64,000 nt of DNA from contig NC_047066.1 of assembly GCF_902459465.1 (NCBI RefSeq), forward strand, positions 10,106,001 through 10,170,000, in the 5' to 3' direction. The DNA comes from Asterias rubens. Lineage: Eukaryota. Shown one piece after another: positions 31,517 to 44,500 of this stretch. Numbering within the stretch: the first letter of the stretch is position 1; the number at the start of each line of letters is the position of its first letter. Below the pieces are notes generated by a model, which saw only the letters and a program-made list of their open reading frames with translations, did no database searches and had not been told where the DNA came from. The position numbers and the translations under genes were made by a program.

Positions 31517-34500
31517 TTACATTTGTTTCATATCCATGAAGTAGAGATACCTTGACGATCCAGCCACAAATTTAGGGACTGTGCCTTTTCTGTTATTGTC
31601 CAAGCAGTAGACGCCACGAGGGAGATCCACCAACCGGCCGGTTGTCTAAAGAAAAAAAGATGAGGGAATATGATCATTATATTATTTAAATATATGAATA
31701 CATGAATACAAATCACAAGTGATTTAACTGAAAGGCATTGGACACCTTAGGTAATTGTCAAAGACCAATATTCTCACCTGCATAAAATAATAAATGGGTG
31801 AAAATTGTGGCTTAATTGGTCATCAAAGTTGCAGAAGAATAATAAAAGAAAAAACACCCTTGTTGCACAAATGTGTGTGCTTTCATTTTGGATGCCTAAA
31901 TAGTCAACTATAGCTGCTCGAACTTGCTCCAAGTTGCAAGAAGTCTCTGCTAAAAAACCTTGAGTTCTTCATCAGCACTTATTCATCACGGTAATTGGTT
32001 TCATCCATAGATTCAGAGTTTGAATGCCAATCTCAGTATAAAATAATTCTTTTGATAACACCCCTTACCCCTCACACGGCGTGCAATACCCAGACGTCTT
32101 TTTACCCACCTCGAACCCAATCAAATGTGCACTGTGTATCTGAAACGCGCGTACGAACGTTACGTGTACGAAGATGATCAATAGTCTGTTGGGGTGTTAC
32201 AAAACCAATATTAACTGCTTTAACTCGTGATACGCTTAAAACTCTGACTTCCTCAGTGATCCCCGGACCATTCCAAAATAGAACGCTCCGGGGATCACCT
32301 CGGGAGTCGTAGTTTTAACTATAGCACTCGAAGCAGTCAATATTTGTATACTATTACCTGGAGTGTTCCTCTATCGATGACCCTGACCATATTGGCATCA
32401 CACCCTCCTACAGCGATGTTATCTTTACCGAGCCACTGTGCACAGTAAAGCTGAAGAGAGAATCAAATTAAATACATAAACTGTGAACACAAAAACTCGC
32501 TCAGCACAGAATAGTATTTCTTTAGCAGAAACAGGTTACCAGCCAAAATTACATAAACAAATTTGTCTAGCAGTATTTTCTCCTTAACAGCTTTATGAAA
32601 TTGGGGCCTTCATAAAGACAACAAAATCAGAAACCAGATTCAAGTTAAAAGAAAATCTTTCCTGTCACTACATTTTGTTTTTACTGATTTAACGGGTCAA
32701 ACTTTGGTTAAAAAAAAAAAAAAAATCAGTTGCCACTTTAATAGCCTTCCTTCAACCCCTCCAAGCCTGCCCCTCACATCAATAACACCCCTTGGCAGGG
32801 TGTGCACCAGTCCAGCCCAGTGTGGAGGCCTATTCAAAAAGCCACGTGGCTTCAGTTTGCTGGGTGCTGTGCTTGAGAAAGGATACACTGGTACATGTAT
32901 GTGGTGGAGTGGAGAGCTGTGTAGATTCTACCTGGGCTTGGCTGGAACATGGAGGTAGGAAATATGGCTGTAGAGACCCCCCACTGGGTAAGTTGTAATT
33001 TTTGATATCTAAAAAGCCCCCCTGGGAGTAAAACAGACTTCTGGAAGTTTCACAATAAATTTGTTTCATTACTTTTGACCATCACCGAACCCCACTTTTC
33101 TGGGTCTTTATTTACAGTTGCATTTCTGGGCGAAAACTTGCATTAACGCAGCCTTACGCTGCCCTGAAATCATTTATAACCGTATAGTAAGATTAGGGAT
33201 TGGTCCAACCCACTAATTTGTAGCCATATTGTAAAGTAGTCAGTACATGTAGTGAGTACTAGTAAAGTTCTTGTTGGAACAAAGTTGTGAGTACGCAAGC
33301 TGAGACACACATCAGCTGAAATGGTGAATTCTTACCAGTGAATTATTGAAGTCTTGGGGCACAGTGCGTATCGGGCTCCCTGAGGCATAGTCCCAGATCT
33401 GAAGGTTTAAATCTTTCCTCCAGGATCCAGTCACAATGTGATTATGGTACGGATCAATGTCCAAGGCATCACCGCATACGTGTGGCCCAATCAGTTTCCT
33501 GCCATGAAAATCAATCAAAATTAGGGAAAACGAAGGGAGATAAAATAATTTAGGGTTGGATTTACCTAAACCAGCCACCTTCGGATTAACAGGTCGGTGC
33601 TGTACAAACTGAGCTATAGTTGGCAGTCTCCTTACATGTATTTTTTGTCAGCATCTTTGTTCCAGTCAGATGTTATACAACCACTAAAAACTGCATAGTA
33701 CATATTTTTGTGTAAGAAAGGGCAGACATCTCGAAACTCGGGCAGCTTTTTTGTTTCACAGGGGGCAAGGCAACGTACATTTTGGAAAGATTTTGCAAAA
33801 AGCACTTCCATAGAAAAATCTTTACGTCTTAAGGGAAACCTTTTGAAGGGGCACCAAGGCCAAGACCAGGAGCAACAAGAGGAGATGGCCTCAGCTGTGA
33901 TTGTAACTCCAGGCATGACGGAGTTTGCGTAAACAAATTTAAAATGATTTTCTTTGGACAAACCACTGCGGGCCTCAAATCTTGGAACAGTCTCAACCCT
34001 GGAGTGGCCAACAAAACTTACCTTATTGAATGTTCAGTTCGGGTGTCCCAGAACTGCACAGTGTCATCCCAACCTCCAGATACAAACTCCTCTGATTTGT
34101 TGGGGTGAAACTTGAGAGAGAAGATGCGGGAACGATGTCCGTCCATCACATTCATGGAAGGACTACAAAAATAAAAGGAGTTCATCTATAATTAAAGACA
34201 CTGGACACCTTCAGTAATTGTCAAAGACCAATATTCTCACTTGGTGTATCCCAACATATGAAATAACAAATTTGTGAAAATTTGGACTCAATTGGTCATT
34301 GAAGTTGCAAGAGAATAATAAAAGAAAATACACCCTTGTTACAAAAATTGTTTGCTTTCAAATGCCTAAAAGGGCTTCAGGTTTGAAGTCTTTAAATGTT
34401 TGAGTGAGAAATTACCTCTTTCTCAAAAAAAAGTAACTCTGTTTCAGCTCCAGGAGTACGTGTAGGTGGCAATATCTCCAAAAGCACGACCACATTTTGA

Positions 34501-37500
34501 AATTTGTAGACAATCGAACGGTTAAAAAAACCAAGGATGTACTTTCCCTATACTTTTAACCCTAGTTCTTAAAACTTTCTCTACACTTTCTACGTACCTC
34601 GGTTGACAAGTGAATATCCTCTTTCTGGTGTTATCATCGTATACATAAATCTTTTCATCGCAACCAGCAGTGATGTACATCGATACATCCTTATTGTATG
34701 CCACCGTTAACGTCTGCCGGTTCTCATGCGTAGTGTGGATGCACGTGCAGGTGGATGTGTGCCAGAATTTAACCATACCGCTAGCGTCTTAAAATTAAAG
34801 ACAGGGTGCAAGATCAAAACATAAAAAAATAAAACACATCCGGGGGTATAAATTTGTACCAGGGTAGAGGTCCATACTGTGTTTGACAAAGCTTTTGAAG
34901 CGCAGTGGTAGCCAAGGGCTGTACTCCAAAGGGAGCTTGGAAAGGTAACAGGATTGGCCCAATGACCATCAGCTGTCTATTACATCAAACTCTTCCAAAC
35001 TTAGGACAAACTACATGTACTGGTAATATTTAACATGAGAAACTTACATGTGGCTAAGAGTAGATTCAAAGACTTATCACCGGGTGTATAAGGTCTGAAC
35101 AGGATGCTGGTGCATGGTAAATGAGCATCTGACGTCTCATCATCCACCAAGTTGTACAGAGCAGCACCGGTATCTGTTGCATACACCTTGAGCAAGAAAT
35201 GTTCAGAGAAAAAAAATTATGTTAAATGCAAAGTATACCATAGGAATGATATCAATCAGATCTCTGGTGGGTTTTAATGCTGGTAATAGACCGTATTGAA
35301 ATGACGTCACCGTTCAAATATCTGCCCTACAACCTGGCGTCTGTGAGCGTGTGCGTGTATGTGTGCGTGCTTGTGCCGCTGCATGCTGCGTGCTTCTTTG
35401 ATGTACCAGCCTTTATTTCATATGCATACATGTAGTTTCAAATTTTACTTCAAATAATTAAACAGGATACAAAGTCCCTGTTCTACATGATGTAGGCCTA
35501 CTTGTCTACTTAAATGCAAGTTATATATTTGGATTTTGGAACTGTTCCGATTGTTAAAATCCTTTGATAGATGTAGGGGTAGACAATCTGAGAAATCTTA
35601 CTGCTCTATCTCCCCTCAGATTCAAATTTTGGGGCATAAAAACTAATAATTTAAAGCTAAAACTAATGATTACTTACTTCAAAGTGAAATGTTTCCCAAA
35701 ATGCTTTAAAGGCAGTGGACACTATTGGTAATTACTCCGAATAATTATTAGCATAAAACCTTTCTTGATTATGAGTAACGGGGAGAGATTGATAGTGTAA
35801 AACATTGTGAGAAACAGCTCCCTCTGAAGTGACGTAGCTTTCGAGAAAGAAGTAATTTTCCACGAATTTGATTTCGAGACCTCAAGTTTAGAATTTGAGG
35901 TCTCGAAATCAAGCTTCAGAAAGCATGCAACTTCGTGTGACAATGGTGTCTTTTTCTTTCATTAATATCTCGCAACTTCGACGACCTAATGAGCTCAAAT
36001 TTTCACAGGTTTGTTATTTTATGCATGTTGAGATACACCAACTGTGAAGACTAGTCTTTGACAATTACCAATAGTGTCCACTGGCTTTAAATACACCATC
36101 AAAAGCTGATGTAGGCTTCTAACCACACAATTCCAACTTTGAGTAATTTTTTTCAAATTTTTGTTTCCAGTTATTTTGAGTAAAACAAATTGACTCCAGT
36201 TAAAAAAAACTCAGGATTTCCACGAAAAATCAGGAAAATCATAGGCCTTATGTACATGTATGTGAGTGAAGCTGTTATTTTTTTAACGTTAAAGGAACAC
36301 GTTGCCTTGGATAGGTCGAGTTGGTCTTTGAAAAGCGTTTGTAACAGCTTTTTATAAAATGCATATGGGTAGAAAGATGTTGTAAAAGTAAAATACAATG
36401 ATCCACACAAACATGCCTCGAAAATGCACGGTTTTCCTTTTACCTCGTCGAATAACACGGTCGGCCATTAGTGGCCGACCGTGTTAGTTCGCACACAGTA
36501 TAAAGAAAACCACGCAATTTCGAGGCAAACTTGTGTGGATCAATGTATTCTACTTTTAAAACATCTTTCCAACCATATGCATTTTATGAAAAAGGGTGAC
36601 AAACACTTTTTATAGACCAACTCATCCGATCCAAGGCAACGTGTTCCTTTAATTTGTTAAACAAATTTAACACATAATATTATCTCGTCCAGGCAATTTA
36701 AAAACTTAACAAAGCTTGCATGCATTTATTTACGCTTGATTTGAGCTGATCCTATGACATACAGAATGTGTCAAGTTATTACAGAACTTCAAGAGAAACG
36801 GAAATAGGTTGTATTCATATAAAAATGCCTCCACCTGTTCTGATCTCACTTCACCTGTTTTTTTCTTGTTTATGAATAACTACGCTTTCAGCAAACATTG
36901 CAGGGGCCTTATTGCTGCTCTCTACTACTAACTGCTACTTATGTTGGGGGAAAGTGAGCGTGTGGTAACTCAAGAGCTAAAGATCAATCAATTATTGTGC
37001 TTAAACATGTATGCACAGTGTGCCATGTTCCCATGAGCAAAATCTGCACTGTATGCCAAATGTATATTTTTGTCTCAGATTTTCTGAGTTTTATAATGCA
37101 ATTTTATGTGTGTTTTAATACCTGTAGTTGGTAATCGTCTCATAACTCATCTTTTAAACACGCTTGTCGTTAAAATAAAAAATGCTTTGAGCGATGCTGC
37201 TAGAAAAAACGAAGTAAAAGAACCAAGTATTTTGTGTCATATTTGCGGTGCGCAGACAGCGCCCTCTGTAGTTGGTATCTGAAACCCTTACCTTGATACT
37301 ACCGTCTACAAATCCTGCTGCTAGCATCGTCCCGTCTTCATTGTAGCGACAACACATAACATCCTGCTGACAATCTCTGCATTATTGAAACAAAGATCAG
37401 AAAACAAAAGGTTAGTTTTGGTTTTACCCATACACTGGCTGCCATACACCGATGTGTGTAAGCACTGTATACTAAGTACTTTTCCAAGCTCTGTGCAAAC

Positions 37501-39311
37501 AAATATCACAGGCATAATACTTCAGGTGGAATTCAAGTTCAAACCCGCGCCCTTTGCCAGCAGTGTCTTAAACTGTAGACCCTAACCCTAACCTAATATT
37601 CATTATTCCTGATGCAAATTTCTATTTAGAACAAAGGGTTCTTAAGAAGCTTCTTTACAGAGATGGGTTGGGAATAACCCTGATGACTTGTAATTTGCCA
37701 AAATAGTGGCACCAGTCCAGGCCTGAAACTACATGGAAGCAGCGATGAATGGCCTTTTGTTGTTCCTAATCATCAGTGTCTTTAAAGGAAAAAATGCCTT
37801 GGTGCTCCTGCCATTTCAACTATAATAAAAAAGCACCAGGCCTGCCAGTTACCCCTTTTGAAAATACTTCAGATTCAAAGTTAATATGTATGCAAATTCA
37901 GGTTACACCATCAATCAAGTCCAAACCTTATTATAAACATAAAGCTATTCTCCCATTACACTTACAGTCACAGTTCATAAACTTTATCTAAAGAGCTAGC
38001 CTGGTGAAAACTGACCATGGTATACAATAACAGAAGGCAACATTAGTGACACTGACAACTACGTTTTTTAATTAAATCTCTAAAGTAAACAGGAACAGTT
38101 GATGAAATGTGACCCTGTGTTACAGATTGGTAAAGGATGAAAAACAATCAAATGGTTTAATTTTAGTCCAAAAGCTTACTGATTATGAAGTTGTACTACT
38201 AAATAGGGACTACTAGAACAAAAACAATTTAAGATATTTCCACCCCCTCTTGAATGAAGTCATGTTTGACTCGAAGCTTTTACCTGAAATCCTATTTTGA
38301 AAAATGTAATTGGCTAATTTCGTCTGAGTGTTACCATGGTTACAACCAAAATTAAGGACAATGTGAAAGTTGTGAATGGTATTTCCCCTTTTCCCCTGGG
38401 ATCACCATTTTCTCCAGAGATCATAGTTATTTCATGCCCCCCCCCAAAAAAAAAACGATCTCAACTTACTAAATATTCAATTTCAACCTTACATTTCATG
38501 TGAGACACTTCGAATAAAACTGTAAAAAGGTATTAGAATGCTTTACTGAGTGTACTGTATATAAAGCAAAACGAATTTTATATCAAATTTATAACAGGAG
38601 GAAGGACCAAGCTTAATCCGACCGCCCCTTTCACAATCATTGTGACCGACAAGTTTCTAGATAAAAAAATCTGTTTTTTTTATTCATAACATTGACAGTG
38701 GAAAATTTTCAGTTGGATAGTTCAGAATCTAAATGATACAATTATGATAACCCACAAAATAATTACAAAAAAAAGCAGGTAAATTTAAATGTGAAAATTC
38801 AAATTCACAATTATTTAAATAGTTCGACGTTTATGATTGTGTTATTACCACTTGAAAGCTAAGTTTGGGTACAAGTAATATTGACAAATAAATTACAATT
38901 TATTGTTAAGTTTGCATGATTGAGCCTATTTTTTTTTTAATAAGCCTAGTTGGTAGTATGTATTATTGATTATTAAGAATTGAGAAAAGAATGGGGACAA
39001 AACAAAAAATAGACATGTCTTTCCTTTCTTGCAAACCAGGTTATATTTTCAGATTGTCATGAAAGAAAAAAAAAACATTAATAAAAAAAAACTTACACAG
39101 TAGTCAGAAGACGCAAATTGCCCTCCGAGACGGGGTTCCGACGTGCCCGGTGCTCCGCGTCAAAGTCCCCGCTGGAGTTGAGCCCAGCCGCCGGTAAACT
39201 CATCACGCTGCTACGGGGAGTAGACCGCGAGCTCTTGGTCGATGACAAATCATCTGGAAGCTTTGACTGCCTCGCCACCCCAGCACCCGATAAACCGGCC
39301 AAGGCATACAT
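31517..39311 (-). CDS. Unnamed WD40-repeat beta-propeller protein (~384 aa)
   Basis: Minus-strand exons 39311-39097, 37376-37292, 35186-35048, 34787-34598, 34162-34022, 33498-33336, 32450-32358, 31645-31517 total 1155 nt with all phases consistent. WD motifs include GHRSRIFSLKFHPNKSEEFVSGGWDDTVQFWD, IVTGSWRKDLNLQIWD and LAAGFVDGSIKVY. The start Met is uncertain. Confidence 0.88.
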
Positions 39312-39524
39312 GATGACTTACGAATTTGTTGGTTATTTATTTACTGCTCTCGGCCCCAGCGATACGGTTACAAGATGAAACACGGTACACCGGAGACAGG
39401 GCGAAATGAGTTCAAGAGTTCTCGATGTGGAGACCGGTGGTGCTGCAGCCCTCTCAAGAGTCGAGTACGTCCAGCGATCGAAGAGTCGGCAGAAACAGAA
39501 CTTCAGATTGTTCGTAAACTCCAG
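39312..39524. promoter_or_regulatory. Compact bidirectional promoter region (WD40 gene / GNB1L) and GNB1L first exon
   Basis: CpG-rich block at ~39100-39520. The plus-strand donor CAG|GTAACC at 39525 fits the GNB1L acceptor at 41381/41382. Confidence 0.65.
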
Positions 39525-41100
39525 GTAACCCCTTTTACCTTATGCTTGTTGGTTCCAATGAAAGCAGATCCTTCTTTGCGTTCTGCCACACCTAAAAAAA
39601 CAACACTGAATTGGGTTGAGAACAATTAATTTAGGTAATTGGATATATTTTATTTTGAGAACTAGGCTGCACTTGGTAACGTTTGCCGTCGCTTACGACG
39701 TGACCTAAAGATAACAAAGGTCAAACTTGTATATTTCGTACTCTTCCATTTTAGTGTAGGGACTTACGATAACAATGCAGTACAATTTATGTTGTGCATG
39801 TTTTCCAATTATTATTATTATATTACCATATATTTATCAGCCTAATTGTTTTAGTATAACATAAATTATGTTGATATCTATTGATGGTATGGGCTTCAGT
39901 TAAGGAATCAAAATTCCAGGTGAAAATAAAACTTACCCTATTAAAAAATAATAGACTCTACATTTTTCTCTAAATTCCGGGTCAATCAGTGCGGGTCAAT
40001 CGCGGGAACATTTAACTCAATCATAAAAAGTATCAACACACCAACTACATCTACAAGAAGTACATGGAGTATTGGTGCATGCAGGAGGCCTCTAGACTTC
40101 TACGTGTAGCTCTAGCCTACTCTACTTTCTTGTTTTCAAAGAATGTTTTCACTGTAGTCAGCGATTGGATCAGCATTGTTGATTAGGTGAATATTAAATT
40201 GTGACTAATTGATGGTTATATTTATGTTAAAAACATTAATTCGTCTTCATTTTTATTTAGTTACAAAAAAATTATCTGACACATTTTATTAACTCTAAAC
40301 TTTTACTTTTTTATAATATAATAATACAAAAATTAATAGGCCTAATTATTAAATGTCTTTATATATTTAGTCATATAAATATGCCCTATTTTCAACTTAT
40401 CTTATATAGTGTAAATTATACCCCTAGAATTGTGACTGAGGTTCAACTTTTATTTAATAACACTTTATTTGTATCATTAATTGTAGATATCATGTATGTA
40501 GTATTACAATTCCATGTATATATTATTTCTGGTAATCAACATAGGTGCCTGCAAGCGCCAGGAGAAACCTGGCGTTATTCTCTTGTTTTGGCACTAGCTG
40601 TAGAGTATAGGGAATGTCAGACAACTAGCCATCGGACTGGTTCAGATTAGTCTAGCCGTCGAACAATTCAATGGTTCAGACAACTTGACAAACTGTCTGT
40701 TCAACTGTTGGGCAACTCACGCTCGCTGATGGACAAGACAAGTTGATGAATGTCAGTGGTGTTCGCATGACACCAGCGTGCCCATGAAAATGTAATAGGT
40801 CTAGCCCTAGGCCTAGGGGATTTGTACAGGAATTTTGTGTAAACATGTCAGTGACCGAGATCACCCATTCAAACGTCGACTTGTCTCAGCCATTCGTTGA
40901 ATTGTTTCGACCCCGAGTTGTCTCAACCGTTGAGTTGTCCAAACTGTCAAGTTGTCCGATGGACGAAATGTCTGAACTCCGCTGTGGGGGCCTCAAGCTC
41001 AAGTGGGAAATACTACAAACTTCAGGACTTAATTTTGTCAATTTCTGGGGATCATGATTGTCACAATATTTACAGATTCATAGAGATGACTACAGACTAA

Positions 41101-41228
41101 GGCCGTGTCCGAATTGGCGACTTCGGCTACAGCTACGGCTAGATCAGCGCGTCTGTCAGTGTTGAAGAATAGCAGACGCGCGCGCCCTAGCCGTAGCTGT
41201 AGCCGAAGTCGCCAATTCCGACACGGCC
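41101..41228. mobile_element. Short palindromic MITE (Harbinger-like)
   Basis: GGCCGTGTC(C/G)GAATTGGCGACTTCGGCTACAGCTACGGCTAG with its reverse complement; TAA/TAG flanks. A decayed relative lies at ~51070-51160. Confidence 0.7.
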
Positions 41229-41405
41229 TAGTATTATTACAATTTAATTACTTCAATTGTCAAATTGTTGGCATGCTAAAATGAACATACAAATTTGACA
41301 CAGATGTTACAAGGTGTATGGAAAGCATTCTCGCTGTTTATTTCTTTGTTTAACTTGGAATATATATATATTTTTTTACAGTTTAGGGGAAGTTGCAGCC
41401 AGAGG

Positions 41406-41535
41406 ATGTCTCATGAACCAGAACCACCTTGTCCTCCAGATCCATTGTTTGTGCTTCGAGGTTCCAAGGATGCAGTCAATTGTGTGAGATTCTATAAATC
41501 CACTGATGAGAAAGGGAGATTATTATCAGGGTAAG

Positions 41536-41579
<44 letters not shown>

Positions 41580-44500
41580 CTAGTGGCCTCTTGTCATAGC
41601 GCTCATATCCGTCACTCAATGATGCTCAAAGCTCTTCACCATTCAGTATTTTCCTGCAAGGTATGTCTGGCTACATTTAAATTAGATTAGACCTTTTTCT
41701 GCAACATAGCACCATGTAACAGGTGTCGAGGTCCCTATCGGATAATGTCATTTCAGTTCATCTTTTCTGTTATTATTTATTATTATTACTATTTTTAAGT
41801 ATTATTTATACGGGGTAGCCCCATTAGTCCCAAACCACTGTTTTCCCTGGGGGCCCTGTAGAAAAACAATTTTACACAGAAAAGGGAGAAACAAACATAG
41901 AACAAACCCCATAAATACTAAAACCACCAGGAACAAAAGCAGAGAAAACAAGGCAAAAACTAGCCAATTAGTAGAAGCGAAAACAAAAAAACAATGACTT
42001 AATAGGAATTAAATTGCAGTCAAGGTGGCTCATCGTGCAATCGCTCAGGCAAACCATTCCACAAAGAGGAACCTTTGTAAGAAATGCTCTTTTTGCCTTT
42101 CTCAGTCCTCACTTTTGGCACATACAACCCATTACTCTCTGCATTTCTGGTGGAATAATTATGCCTTATAGCCTCAGGGGAAAATAAGTCTTGTTGATAT
42201 AATTTGGGGAGTAACCATTGATGGCATTGTGAATTAGTTTGATTTTTTAAAACTTCCATCTACTTCCATCTACCTGTTGCTCTTGTTTGAGCGTAATAGT
42301 TCAAATCTTGCTGCCATTTGCAGTTGCGGCCCCTATTGTCTCTAAAGGGTTTAGGATATGTTGTACAATGGTACAAAGGCTTTGTTTTGATTTTCAGTTG
42401 TGGGTGCGGAGAAGTGAGACTTTGGAATCTTGAAACAAGGAGAGCAGAAGCAGTTCTCGATGGCCACAGTGGCAAGAGTGTGCTGTCAGTTTCACCATTA
42501 GACAAGTCCCAAATTGTCAGGTAAGTTCCTAGCTGGGCCCAATTTCAAATAGCTGTGAAGCAGAAAATACCGCTTGACAAATTTCTTTGCTTAGCAAAAA
42601 AATTGAATGGGGCACCAGTCACAACAATGTAAACTTAACGTAATTTTTGCTGGTAACCTCTTTCTGTTTTCTGTTCTTTTTGTTGCTTACAGGCTTCATG
42701 GAAGTTGTGTTGTGTTACAAAGTATCAATAGGGAGGCTGTTAATGACAATGGAAAGAACAAAATAATTTTCTCCAGGGATGCATTTTTGAGATGTGTGCT
42801 CTGTGTACAGGCCTCTTGCAGCCACAACTTTAACACTCAAGTTGGGACCAGTCCCAACTATAGTTGGGGCGCTTGTCAAGTTGGAACGAAACAGCGTTCT
42901 TGGCTTGTACCTGAGATTCCTTGACTTCACAACCAGGATTAATCAAAGCAAATAAATTGTATACAACCCCTTTTACCTCCATCCAGCCAGGGTCGGGATG
43001 GTCAAATCTTAACATGGGAGACTGCAGAAGGCAGGCGTGATGTCATATCCTCCATAGAAACTAATGGGTTAAGCTTCTGCAGGTGCAGTGTTTATCAAGA
43101 AGGTAAATTCAACGTGAAAATTCTATCCTAGTCCAATTCCTGGAACTGCAAGCAGGCCACTGAGGCCATGGCCTCTGTTTTCCCTGGTCTTAGCCTTGGT
43201 CCCCCTTCAAAAGATTTCCTTTTGACTTTTGAAGATTTTCCTATGGAATTTTAATACCATAGGAAAATCTTCAAAGTTTTAAAATGGCCTTGCCCTTTCA
43301 AAGATGAAATTCCATCCTAGCTTCAGCAAAAGCTACCAATTCAAACAGGTTCTTATGTCAAATTTTACAGGAAGCCCTCTTGTGGCAGCTCCAGGCCAGG
43401 ACTCCGATGTCCATGTCATTGACCTTCTCAACAAGTCAACAGTCTGCTCATTGAGGGCGGACAAAGATGTCAAGGCATTTGGTGAGTCTTACATTTGTAT
43501 CCCCCATCTTAAAGGCACTGGACACCTTTAGCACTTGTCAAAGACCAGTATTCTCACTTGGTTTATCTCAACATATGCATACAATAACAAATCTGTGAAA
43601 ATTTGGACTCAATTGGTCATCGAAGTTGCAAGAGAATAATGAAAGAAAACCACCCCTACTGCCAGATGCCTAAAAAGGGCTTCAGGCCTGAGTTCTTTAA
43701 ATATTTGAGAATTTACTTCTTTCTCAAAAACTATGTTACTTCATAGGGAGATATTTCTCACAATGTTTTATACTATCAAAAAGCTCTCCATTGCTTGTTA
43801 CCAAGTAAGTTTTTATTCTACAAATTAATTTGAGTAATTAACAATAGTGTTAAGTGTTTTTAATTTAAATGACAGCATTTCCTATATTATTTTCCCAAAC
43901 CTGTTTCTGATATTTCTAAGAGGCCAAAGTCTGCTTTATTAATACAATTTTGTTCTCAAGCTAGATGGCAAACTTTACTTTTTATGTTCTACAGGTATGC
44001 CAATGTGTATTAAGTTCATCTCTGCATCGAAGCTGCTGGTTGGCTACGAGGCAGGCCAGGTTGCATTATGGGATATCAACACTCGGAAAATGCTGGCCAA
44101 CAAAAAGTTACACAGCGAGCCAGGTAAATGTTTATTGTTATGATTGCTCAAAGTGTGTGAGTTATCCATAGAGTTATATATAAGAGCTAGAGGGCGCACG
44201 AGATGACAAGCGCGTCATTCTGCACGCAAGTTGAATATGAAATACACGTTTGAGGTTTTTTTTTATTGAACGCTCACGCGATGCTGTTTGTTCAACTTAC
44301 AAAATGGCCGCACAAACACACGCTGTTAAATGCCAGTTTTGTCAACTTAGAAAATGGCCGCCTGCGCGCATGCCGGAGAGCGTATATAGGCCAGTGCGCC
44401 CTCTAGTTCTAATATATAACTCTATGGAGTAATCACATCTCAGGGCTTGAATTTGAAAGCTCATAATTTTTACTGGCCCAGAATTTTTTTTACAAGCCAG

